A DNA stretch of 64,000 nucleotides, taken from the NCBI GenBank assembly GCA_013265495.1, contig MU058456.1:434001-498000 (forward strand). Reading direction: 5' to 3'. Shown one piece after another: positions 1 to 10,090 of this stretch. A model generated the notes under the pieces. That model was given only the letters and a program-made list of their open reading frames with translations, searched no databases and was not told where the DNA came from. The stretch's first letter is position 1. The number at the start of each line of letters is the position of its first letter. The position numbers and the translations under genes were made by a program. The DNA is from Vicugna vicugna (Eukaryota).

Positions 1-944
1 TGACATTCGCACTTGGCCCTTCCCATAAGGTGGGGACTGGCAGAAACAATAGAGACTCCCAGAGGCAATGCCTAACATGACTTAGGAGAACAATGCAGAA
101 AATTGAGGCAAGTGTCCAGTCACAATACAATAAACATTTGGTGTCCAGGGGTGTTGTCCCTGAACCAAACACTTGAGAGCATGCCCAGCAGATGTGTGGA
201 CCCCGATTACCTTGGAGTCGGCTGACCTTGTCCTTTCTAGTCTATCGGCTAATCTGGTTCTGTCACGTGAAGCTTGGCAACACTATTGGCTTCCAAGGAA
301 TTATGACTAAGTCGTTTTTATTTTTCTGGCTCTTGCCTACAGTGACACTGCAGGAAAAAAGCTACGCTTTTATACTCATCTCTAGTCCCAAAGTCTCCAA
401 CATTAGGGACATTTATTGGACATTCTCTTGGAGGGGTGTTTTTCTGGCCATTGAGAACGGTGTTTATAGTTTAATAAAATGAGAAGGTGAACTGTAGGAT
501 TTAAATCAAGTTTGATTGGCCATACCCCAGCATTTGTCCATAGGTCTAACTAGGGTACCTTTAGGGAACTGTCCTGACCTTTTGATCATCTTCTATTTAT
601 AGAGTTTGCACAGTTCTGGTCTGGAAACTCTTAGCCTGAACCATAGTCATATTTCCCTCATGGGTCAGCTGTGGAGATGATTAAGCACACTGCTTTCAAC
701 TGCAGGTGTCTAAGTGGAGTGTGAAGTCCATTTAGCTGATCATCCACTTGGCATTTTTATTTTCAATAAAATATAACATTAAAAAATTCCAGTGCTTACA
801 GGAAGGGTATTGTTTCATGAAACCTCATTTGTATTTGTAGGTGTGTACGTGTATCATGAGTTGCAATGTAAGATATACTTTTTATTTGAGGTTAAAGTTT
901 TAAAAGTTCAGGAAATGCTGATCTAGTACTTGACTTTGATCTGC

Positions 945-1190
945 AGGGGTTAAGAGCCTGAATGCTGGGGCCAAACTGTTCAAGTATGAATCCTGGCTCC
1001 ATCACTTACTAGCTGTGTGACTTAGGGGAAATTACTTAACTTCTCTGTGCCATAGTCTTCACACCTTTCACATATATAATATGAGAGTAATAATAGTGTC
1101 TATCTCATACCACTGACATCGGAATTGAGAAAATTAAAATTTGTGAAATACTTAAAACCTTGACTGAAACATACTAAGTGCCTCATAAAG
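945..1190 (+). mobile_element. MIR SINE
   Basis: MIR core 'gaatcctggctccatcacttactagctgtgtgacttaggggaaattacttaacttctctgtgcc'. Confidence 0.8.
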
Positions 1191-1344
1191 GTTTATGGGT
1201 GAGGGGGGAAATCTGTTCTGCAAATGTCTTTTTATATCCTTTTACATATTAAGTCAAGAAAACAGAGTCCCTGCTGAATGGATATGTAATCTAATGTATA
1301 TGTGGACTCGAAAAAGTTGTTCCAAGTGGCAATATGTTGGCATG

Positions 1345-1545
1345 TTTAAGAAAATGCTTCAGATCAGATTGCTGGGTTCAAATCACAGTTCCACCACTCA
1401 CTTGCTTTGTGACCTTTGGCAAGTTACTTGACCTTGCAGGTCCTCAGTTTCCTACTTTATAAAGTGGGGCTAATAGAGTCTGACTCATAAGGTTAAATGA
1501 GAACATCCATAGATGCTTAGGGCTGAAGTGATTACAGCCATTATC
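1345..1545 (+). mobile_element. MIR SINE
   Basis: 'ctgggttcaaatcacagttccaccactcacttgctttgtgacctttggcaagttacttgacc...cctcagtttcc'. Confidence 0.8.
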
Positions 1546-2259
1546 ATTCTTCCTGTTAGTAATTCAGATCACGTCTTTGCTTCTTCTTTCCTGGTGCACT
1601 GAAAAGTACCCCTCCTCCTCTTTCTTGTGAATGGCTTGCTTAAGTCATCATTTCACTTCAGCTGTAGCGAATCAACCACATAGGGGCTCAGATAAAGACC
1701 AAGACTCCTGGCTAGAAAAGCAATTGTGAGGCTCAGGCTGGGATTCAGACTGCCCCACTGTGCTCTCTCTTCAGCCTTGCTCTTACAACTAGCCAAGTCA
1801 CTAGAACTGTCCTTTTGCCTCAGCAGGTCTTCACGGCCCTGCAGATAATTCTGAAGTGTCGCAATGAAAGCCTGCCAGCCAGAGCTGTTTTGCAGTAAGG
1901 CTGTCTGTGGCAATGGGATCACATTATATTTCCTTCACCATCATCTTAGGGGAAGGAAACTGATCAGGACAAAGCTTGCTGTCCAATATGATGAAGCACT
2001 TTGTATGATGTATCACTTGTAAATACTGTGATAGCATAAAAGGGCTCGTTAGCTGAAGGGGCTTTCAACTCAAGTCCTGCAGTTCTTAAGGACCTTTGGC
2101 AAAACCGTTCTGACAAAGAGAAATCTAATATTCTTGAGGACTCCTGAGCTTGAGGACCTCAACTGTTTTTCTGTACCTCTCCCCTCTTCTCCCATGGCAC
2201 CCTGTTCCTGTAGCTTTGGAAAATTAATAATGGAGCTGTATTATGCAGCATCAATCTCT

Positions 2260-2360
2260 TGCTTGACCATAAGCTCCTCGAGGGCAAGGGACCTGCCTTA
2301 TTCATCTTTGTATCCCCTGCAAGCATCAGGCACACATCTCAATCAACCTCTGTGGAACTG
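2260..2360 (+). mobile_element. L2 LINE 3' end fragment
   Basis: 'taagctcctcgagggcaagggacctgccttattcatctttgtatcccc', typical of the L2 3' terminus. Confidence 0.7.
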
Positions 2361-2964
2361 AATCTGGTTGAATTTACATCCCAGGTTGCAGTGCCAGAGC
2401 TCAGAATAGGACTGGAGCTGAAGGAAAGTGAGAAATCATTTATTTCCCACTGCTGAGCTGATGGCTGGCTTCTGAGAAATTCAAGTCACCTCATCACCCT
2501 GAAGGCTGCCTCCTCCAGCCCCAGGGAGGGCCTTAAGGTGATTCTGTTAGTGCCCTTGCTGAAAGTTCTTTCTCCTAGTTCTTAGAGGTAAAGAAAATGA
2601 AGCAACCAGTCCTGCGTCTTTGGTAGTTTACAATCCAGGGCCAGGAGAAAGCGAAGTGGAAATGTGAACTCTTTTCATCCTCTGCTTAGCTGATGTGGAG
2701 AGACAGGCAATGGTGGGCCAGGCAGCCCTCTCTAACTCAGCTTTGTCTGGGATCTGGCCTAGTGTTGGGCATATTCTTGGTCCTAATTAAATTCAGGGGC
2801 ATAATTTATTTTCCTCCCTGTCAAAAGTTACACGTCTTTGACTTAACTTTTTAGTTTACAAACAGAAAGAAAGAAAGTAGTCTTTTGAAAACTCTCCATG
2901 TGTCTAAGCAAGGCAGTTTGCTGAATCTTTATGTATATTTGCTCTAATTCTGCCCATAGCAAGA

Positions 2965-3075
2965 CAAGACAGGTAAGAATATCTCCATTTCTAATTGAGG
3001 ACACTGAAGCCCAAGGAGCTTAAGAGGAAAATCCGGGATCGGAGACCAGCTCCGTTTGGATCCACTCACTATACC
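2965..3075 (-). mobile_element. MIR fragment
   Basis: 'tctccatttctaattgaggacactgaagcccaaggagcttaag', the reverse-complement MIR core. Confidence 0.6.
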
Positions 3076-3623
3076 ATGAAGTTCTCCCCATTTCTCTTCC
3101 AGCACGCTGGTGGGTGCGAGTGTGTGCGTGGCTGTGTGTGCGTGCTTCCTATTACCCTCAAAGCCCTGTTACTTCTCTGACTAGTCAGTGTCCTCGATTT
3201 CACTTTTTCGAAACAAAGTCCAGTTTTTCTCCAAGGTCTCACCGCTCGCTTAACCATCTCCCTCTGGCGTTCCCAGGCCCGCCAGCCAGTTCTCCGCTAA
3301 ATTCAGAGTCCCAGCTTTGGGCTGATTCCGAGCTCCATTCTCCCCCTCCAGGGCGCCGGTGCCTTGCTCTTTTACCCACGGCCCCAGCGCTCGGGCGGGA
3401 CCCCACAGCTGGCGCCTCGGCCCCGCCTCCCCTACCTGACGCCGGTGCGGCCGGAGACGCCGCAGCCTCCGCCCACTGGCGCGCCTGCTCTGCCATTGGC
3501 TCCCGGGGCTGCCCGTCTCTTCCGCCGGCCCCGCTCAGTCCCGAAGGCAGGTTTTGCTGGAGAAGCCGCAGTCCCGGCGGCTCGGGCGCAGCGCGGGAGC
3601 ACTGTGGAGCGCCGAGCACTGGC

Positions 3624-3716
3624 ATGTCCTCGCGCGCCGGAGACCCCGTCGGCCGCCGGGCCCGGGCGACTGCTAACTTGACGGCGGGCTCCGGTGGCCC
3701 GGCCGCGGCCATGTAG
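3624..3716 (+). other. Upstream ORF (30 aa, MSSRAGDPVGRRARATANLTAGSGGPAAAM) whose last codons form an ATG-TAG start-stop element
   Basis: ATG at 3624 and in-frame ATGTAG at 3711-3716. It lies in a different frame from MAST4 and ends 140 nt upstream of the main ATG. Inclusion in the mRNA depends on the TSS position. Confidence 0.6.
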
Positions 3717-3856
3717 TCGCCGGCGGGGCTCCCCGCAGCTCGGGAGCGGCAGCGAGAGCGAGCCGGAGCCCAGCAGCCCGTGGCTTCCCCCCGGAGGCGC
3801 TGAGTGAGCGCTGCGCCCCCACCGCCCCTCCGGCGCACTTTGGGCCTGAGAGGGAA

Positions 3857-4192
3857 ATGGGGGAGAAAGTTTCTGAGGCGCCGGAGCCAGTGCCCCGCGG
3901 CTGCAGCGGCCACGGAGCCTGGACTCCCGCCCCTGCGGAGGCTGCTGCGTCCTCGCCGGGCGCTTCCTCGGCGGAGTCCTCCTCAGGCTCAGAAACTCTG
4001 TCAGAGGAAGGGGAGCCTGGCTTCTCCCGCGAGCAGCCGCCGCCGCCGCCGCCGGGCGGCGCCCGGCCGCCCGCCGCGTGGGCTCCTGCGCGCGTGGTGC
4101 CGGAGCTCGGAGTCCCAGCGCCGCTCCCGGGAGGAGCCGCGCCACCTGCGCCCCGGGGCAGCAGCGCGTCCCAGGAGGAGCAGGACGAGGAG
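3857..4192 (+). CDS. MAST4: MAST4 first coding exon (long isoform; N-terminal Ser/Pro-rich region, 112 aa); the rest of the CDS lies beyond the window
   Basis: Translation MGEKVSEAPEPVPRGCSGHG...ASSPGASSAESSSGSETLSEEGEPG...PPAPRGSSASQEEQDEE matches the human MAST4 N-terminus as I recall it. The ATG is in a strong Kozak context (GAAATGG). Similarity stops exactly at GAG|GTGGGC (GT at 4193-4194, phase 0), and the exon sits in a CpG island. Confidence 0.95.
4037..4054 (+). repeat. (CCG)6 trinucleotide repeat encoding poly-Pro
   Basis: ccgccgccgccgccgccg in frame within exon 1 (PPPPPP). Confidence 0.95.
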
Positions 4193-6479
4193 GTGGGCCC
4201 CGCCTTCCGCCAGCTCGGCCCCTCCGGTCCCAGCTGCCTGGCGACCCCAGCACTCCATCCCGCACGCGGGCGGTGGGCGGCGCGCGATGGGGCATGGAGA
4301 GGGGGAGGGACCACAAGGGGTAATGACGGGGGCCTCCCTGTGGGTCATTGATTTCCCCGTGGCTGTTTATCTCCGTGTATGTGTGTGTTTGTGTGTCCAT
4401 CCATGTCCATGTGCTGCCTGATAGTGAGCTTTTACAGTGTCTAAGCGGCAAACTCCTTAGTGTCGGGATTTTTTACTCTGAATCTGTGAATGGATATGAT
4501 CTGGACTCCTGGCTTGTCCCCGTCTAAGACCTTATTCTCCAAAGTGGGCGTTGCTTCCCACAGAAGCGCTCGGGCCGAGGGGATGTGTGATGAAGGTATG
4601 GTTTGGGAGGGAGAGAAGGTGTATTGGGGGTGGGGGACGGCTGGGAGCGGTACTCCCGGAGTTGAGCGGCCGGGTTTCAGTGACGTTGACTCCGGGATCC
4701 CCCGCGGGTGGTTTTGGCTGGTCCCGCGGCTTCGGTCTTCTGGGCGGGGAAGGAGGACTCCCGTCTCTCGGCGGGTGGCGCTGACCTGCGCTTCTGCAGC
4801 TCCCATTCGGACTTGTTCCGGATGTTCAGGTGCGCGCTGGTCGCCAAACTGAGTGGGGAACGTCCCACCTTCTTCCGTGGGACTGTGTCCATCTTGGTTT
4901 CCTGGAAGAATGTTCGTCTGAAACTTCTGGGTCGCGCGCTGACACACTGAGGATATGACTTGGTGTCCGCCGTCTGTTCTCTCTGGCTTTTTTCCGTCTT
5001 TGGAGAACAATTAAGGAAGCAGAAGGTTCTTCGTGCCTTTCAAATTGTTTGCTTTGGACGTTTCTTGTGGGGAGGTCATCTTGATCAGGCCAAGCTATAA
5101 ATAAATCACCCTAACAGAACCTCCTAGTGAAGTTCATTCCTCAGTGCCAGGGTAGTATTTTCCTCCTTTCTGGGGTTAGCTTTAGCAAGTAATTGTCTTT
5201 GTCTCTCAGAGGATGCAAGCTGGGGCCAGTGCTCTGACAGTAGCCCCCTGGGGCCCCAAACCGGAGGCAAACACTGGATGTCACACAAAGTGAGGGGAGT
5301 CAAGTCCTAGCCTGGCAGAGATGGAGAAAACCCCAGTGGTTGGTCGGCCAAGCCCCTGGCAGTAACTAGGACCCATCCCTCCGTTCCCGGAGGAGTGTAA
5401 GGATCCTGGACAGGTGTCTGGAAACCTGCCTTCTAGAACTGTCTCTGCTCATGAGTTGTGAGACTTTGGATGAGTTGTTTTGTTCCTGAGGTCAGTTCAA
5501 TAATCTGTGAAATGAGAGAGCTGACCAATGAACTTCAAGGTAAATTTCATTTTCACATGAATGCTCCCTTTTTCTGATCAGGAATTTAGGATGAATCCAA
5601 AGTTCAGATTAATCCTAGGGACAGGGTGCTGGGAGTTGAGCTGAGGGTCACACCCACCACAGAGCTACCTGACCAAACCCTGGACTGAGTCAGTGTTCTC
5701 AGTGGTTGCATCTCCTGTGGAAGATGCCAGGTACACGCTGGTGTTTACCCTGTGACATCTGCCTCAACCTTCAGAAATGAGCACACTGGTCAGTGGGCAG
5801 CAGGGGGGTATGACCCAACTTAATGATTTACCACTAGATTCTAAGATAGTGTTTCCATTGGTAGAGAAGATGGCAGAGTTAGTTGCCCTATGTTTCCTGT
5901 GTAGCTAGGAGGGTGCTTCACGATAACATAATATGCTGTTGAAGATCCCAGGCGGGGAAAGTCGGGAACCTCTCACTTTTGATCCCAGTCCTGTAGCTGA
6001 TTTATTGCCTGGCCTCAGGGTGACAGTGTTTTATTTTCTGGGAAGTGGATATAATGATAGCTTATTTCTCAGGCAATGTGGTGAGGTTTGGTTGATTGAA
6101 ACACATTTTGGGAAGTGGAATGACTAAATAACATTGGTCAGTATTTGTGAAATCTCAGAATTGGATGTAAACTGATACAGTATTGCAATTTATTGTGCAA
6201 CTTAACCTGTGGCAGAGGATGCTGGAAATTGTCCAGGAGTGGAAATCTTGGCTTGCTCTGAGAATTTTAAAGCGAAACTAAAACTGGAGTAGCGAAGTGA
6301 CAGACCTGGTGAGAGGGCTGAAGTCCAGTGTGCATTTTCTGGTTCTTACACTGGTGACGACGTGGTGCAGGGGTTCTTAACCTTTGAGAGAGTGTTGTGG
6401 TCTCTTTGCAAATCTAGTGAAAGCTCTCCACCCTCTCCTCAGAAAACATGCACACTTAGAAATACCATTCCAGAAAGTT

Positions 6480-6620
6480 CAGTGAGGAACTCTAGGTGGA
6501 AAGTCCTGGGTTTGATTCCCAGCTCTGCCACCTTAACTAGCGGTGTGATGTGGACCATTCAGCTGATGTAAGTCCCAATTTTTCCCCCTCTTAAGTGGAA
6601 ATAATAGTAATAGAGTAATT
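6480..6620 (+). mobile_element. MIR fragment
   Basis: 'gtcctgggtttgattcccagctctgccaccttaactagcggtgtga'. Confidence 0.7.
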
Positions 6621-7579
6621 AGGCGTTTTATGCATGCCATCTAATTTAATCCTAGCATGGCATCTACCTTTAGCATTAAGTGCTAAGTAAATATTAATTT
6701 TTCAAGTTTAATTGTGATTAAAAATTTTGTGAAATGAGTACAAGTTTGGGCTGGCTGATTTTCTTTGTGCATAATTAATCTGCTATGTACTTTCAGAGAA
6801 CCTGAGGCTTTGTCTATTCAGTTTGTTACCATTTACTAGTATAAGCTGGGAAACAGTTTTTATTTGTATCAGGTTGCATCATGGCAAGGCACTGTTAGTG
6901 TAGTGTCAGTTATCCAATAGCAAGGCACTGAGTATAAAACCTTAAAAGGCTTAAGTAAAACCCATAAAATAGAAAGAGGTTTATTTAGATTTTAAAATTG
7001 TTACGTCCAGCTTGGCAGACTCACTGGTTTCCAGACATTTCTTCAGTAGCTTACTGCATCAGTTTTTTAAAACCAGCAGAATTCAAGTTCCAAGTGTATT
7101 ATTGAAGTGCTAATTTTTGGGGCACCTTTGTTAAAGCTTCTTGCATATATCTAGTAATGGCAACAGTGCTTGACCTATTTCATATTTTATCTTACTGTCA
7201 ATATTTGTATAAACTTACTAAGTCTCATGGACCTAAATCAGCCCTTTGAGCTTTCAGTGTCTTAAAAACAATACTTTAGTTTAACATGGCAATGGTTGTA
7301 GTTTTTATGTACTTAATATCAAATACATGAGAGTTAGAGATGGTGCTTCTTGTTTAAATAAAGTGCATCTGACTTTACCCCTGCTCCCCCAAGCCTGTGG
7401 ATTCGGGGTCTGTGCATGATGAGAGTAGTGGGCTGTGTTTCCGATAGTTATGACCATCTAGATTGGAGGACCATTCCTCAAACAACATTTCTGAAATTTA
7501 CTCTTAGGCACTTTGCACTGTCTCTCCACAAAGCACATCGTGATGGCTCCCATAAAGTACTTGGTGCTGTTTACTGTGT

Positions 7580-7680
7580 GTAGGTGAACTCCTGAGGGCA
7601 GGGATTTCGTCTTTGTGTGCTTAACAAGGTGCCACTAACATATTAGTAGGGGCTCAGTACATATATGTTAAATGAAAGAG
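7580..7680 (+). mobile_element. L2 3' end fragment
   Basis: 'tgaactcctgagggcagggatttcgtct...gtaggggctcagtacatatatgttaaatgaa'. Confidence 0.7.
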
Positions 7681-8449
7681 GAAAAAACACATCTCTGAAA
7701 ACAGTTGCACATTTGACTGAAGGGTGTATATTCTTTTGTTTTTGTCTGTTGTGAATTATGCTTAAACCTCTAGCTCTCTTGTCAAAAAAGCCTCCTGGAT
7801 CACACTGATAATGTTATGAGCAGTTTTTCCAGGTAAATTTCGAAGAAAGTCACATCACAGAGGATCCACTCAGAACGTCTGTGAAGGGACTTGCGTATTA
7901 ATTCTGCTTTTCGCTGTGTGTGTTAGAACTTGAAACTTTTTAGGGATTCTTAGAACAGCAGAAAAAAAGGCTTAGTAGCTAAAAGGATTTTCAACTCAAT
8001 ATAAAGCGTCTCATTTATACTCTTCTACCCTAAAGGATTTATTTTCTTGGCATAAGGTGGGAAACACTTTCCCTTATTAACAATAGGCACAATTCTGAGA
8101 TGTCTTTCAGCTGTTCTATTAAGTGATGTATGAGTTTGAGGACTGCTTTTAATATCATTTTGGGTGTGTGTGTGTTGGGGGAGGTTCCCTCAATGATAGT
8201 AACGCAGTAGATAAATGTCTAATGTTCATTGGTGAAAAGAATAAACAGCAAACGGCAATCACAAATTCAGGAAAGCTTTTCACTGAATTTGTATTTTACG
8301 AATCATAGCAGCTACATAATTTGAAGAAAAGTAGTGTGTAAATGTTGGCATGTTTATTATTAAGTCTGCTTTTGACTTACTGCTCCAGTAAGAGCCACAG
8401 GTTCAGAAAGTCAGAAAGGCAGTAGGCCAGCGGACGGTGTCTGACTCTT

Positions 8450-8915
8450 GGGAAGTGTCATCCTGGGCACTGAGGACACGGACGTGGACAAGACAGAGTT
8501 TTGACCTCATGAAGCATCCAGCGTCATGGGGGAGATAGTCCCTAAACACACAATTCTTCATTAATTGGTTTCCGAGGTGGTAAGTGGGGACCAGGCTGTG
8601 AGGGGGTATGTACCTTCTCTGGTCTGGGAGGTGGGAGCTGCCTCACTGAGGAAGCCATGCGTGCAGGAATTCCTGGGAGAAGGGGAGGGACAGGAGTGAT
8701 GAGGACAGCAGGGGGCTTCACAGTGGGTCTGTGGGACTGAGAGGGGTTGTGTGGCATGAAGCAGAGGAGAGCATGGCCCTGGGTGATCCTTGAGAGAGAA
8801 ACAGTAGCTGGGTCATGCACAGTCTTTTGGGCTTTGTTCTGAGGGACCCAGAGCCACTGAAGGCTTTCAGCAAGGAAGTGACTTGATCAGATTGATATTT
8901 TGGGAAGGCCAGGCA
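8450..8915 (-). mobile_element. L2 LINE fragment
   Basis: 'ctgggcactgaggacacggacgtggacaagacaga...gccactgaaggctttcagcaaggaagtgacttgatcagattgatattt', antisense L2 3' region. Confidence 0.7.
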
Positions 8916-9859
8916 GCCTGGGACCCACTGCTGTGTAGCTTGTGTTTCCTGGTTATAGGGAGCTGATAACCCGAGAAGATGGCATCCTAATAAACCACGT
9001 GTAGATGGAACAGGCAGCTCATTCCTGGCAGTTCAGGTATCCACCAAAACACACCTGAAATGGAATAGGAAAAGGATTAGGTCTATTCCAGAGAACACCT
9101 TAGCGTGGATGTGAAGGCTGCTTTTCACTGCAGTATTGCCTTAAGCCTAGTATTTTTCTTGAAGGGAAAACTTAATTGACATGAGTGGAGCTGAGAAGAG
9201 GCCTTGCAAATGCTCATTTCCAGAGTCAGTTGCAGGGATTGCTGACCCCCACGTGAATGAATACAAGGGACATTGCCACGAGGTGTGTGAGGCTCCCTGG
9301 TGATGGGCAGTGGGGTGTCTGAACCAACACACATTCTGAGAGTCTGGCTTGTTGGCTGTGATGTTCCTAGAGAAGGAAGGGTCAGCTTCGGGGAACTAAG
9401 GCTTTTATTTACCCTTTCTACCCCGGTTCTGAGGTATTCTAGGAATTGTCAAATATTTATATTTTGTCACTGTTTTGGAACCAGGGACCAAGTCTGCCTA
9501 TCTGTCCCCTCAGATTTAGAGGATACGGTGGCATGAGTCCAGCTGTTTTTCAGTCTATCCCTGTGAGGAACAGTTTGGAAGCACATTATACTATGGACTG
9601 GGAATATGGAAAACTGTAGGAAGGATCCTGGGAGAAAAGTTCTCACAAAGAGAAGGGCTCATAACCAGGTGGCCTGGCGTTAGAGAAAACTAAGGTGGGG
9701 GTGGCGGCTGTGAGTGCGCATGCGCGCGCGCGTCTTAGAGGAGGTGCTTGTTTCTAGATGGAGGATGCCCCGGGCCGTTTATAAGCACGTTGGCACATTC
9801 TCAAGTGTTGCCCAGAAGGGGCTTATGCTTCTCTTCTCCTTCCTCTCATACCAGCAGCC

Positions 9860-10090
9860 AGTGTTCCGTGCTCTGGGGTCAGAGTCTGTTGTGTCTAAGG
9901 ATCCAGACCTAATGACCCCAGTTCAGCCACTTAGAGGTCTTTGTGTGTCTTTGGAAAGATTATTAATACTGAGACGTTTCCTTACCTGTAAAATGGACAT
10001 GCCAGTATTTATTGCAGAGGGTCATTATGAGAATTACTAAGATGTTTTCTGTAGAAGACCCAGCATTCCATAATGGTGTTTGCTATTATT
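9860..10090 (+). mobile_element. MIR SINE (degraded)
   Basis: 'ctctggggtcagag...tttccttacctgtaaaatggacatg...tgagaattacta'. Confidence 0.55.

Larger units (their letters stand above)
3230..4980. promoter_or_regulatory. CpG-island promoter of MAST4, extending into intron 1
   Basis: Sharp shift to very GC- and CpG-rich sequence against CpG-poor flanks. GC box CCCCGCCTCC at 3421-3430, half-CRE TGACG near 3438 and 4681, inverted CCAAT (ATTGG) at 3495-3499; no obvious TATA box. Confidence 0.9.

Noticed and set aside
4193..4351. C-terminal 52 aa of the 164-aa ORF as real coding sequence
   Set aside because: MAST4 similarity ends at the GT donor at 4193, so the remainder is intronic read-through.
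3432..4451. 339-aa antisense ORF and other long overlapping ORFs (200-224 aa) across the CpG island
   Set aside because: Stop codons are scarce in very GC-rich DNA. The translations are low-complexity Arg/Pro/Ala/Gly with no recognisable family; only the 3857 frame matches a known protein.
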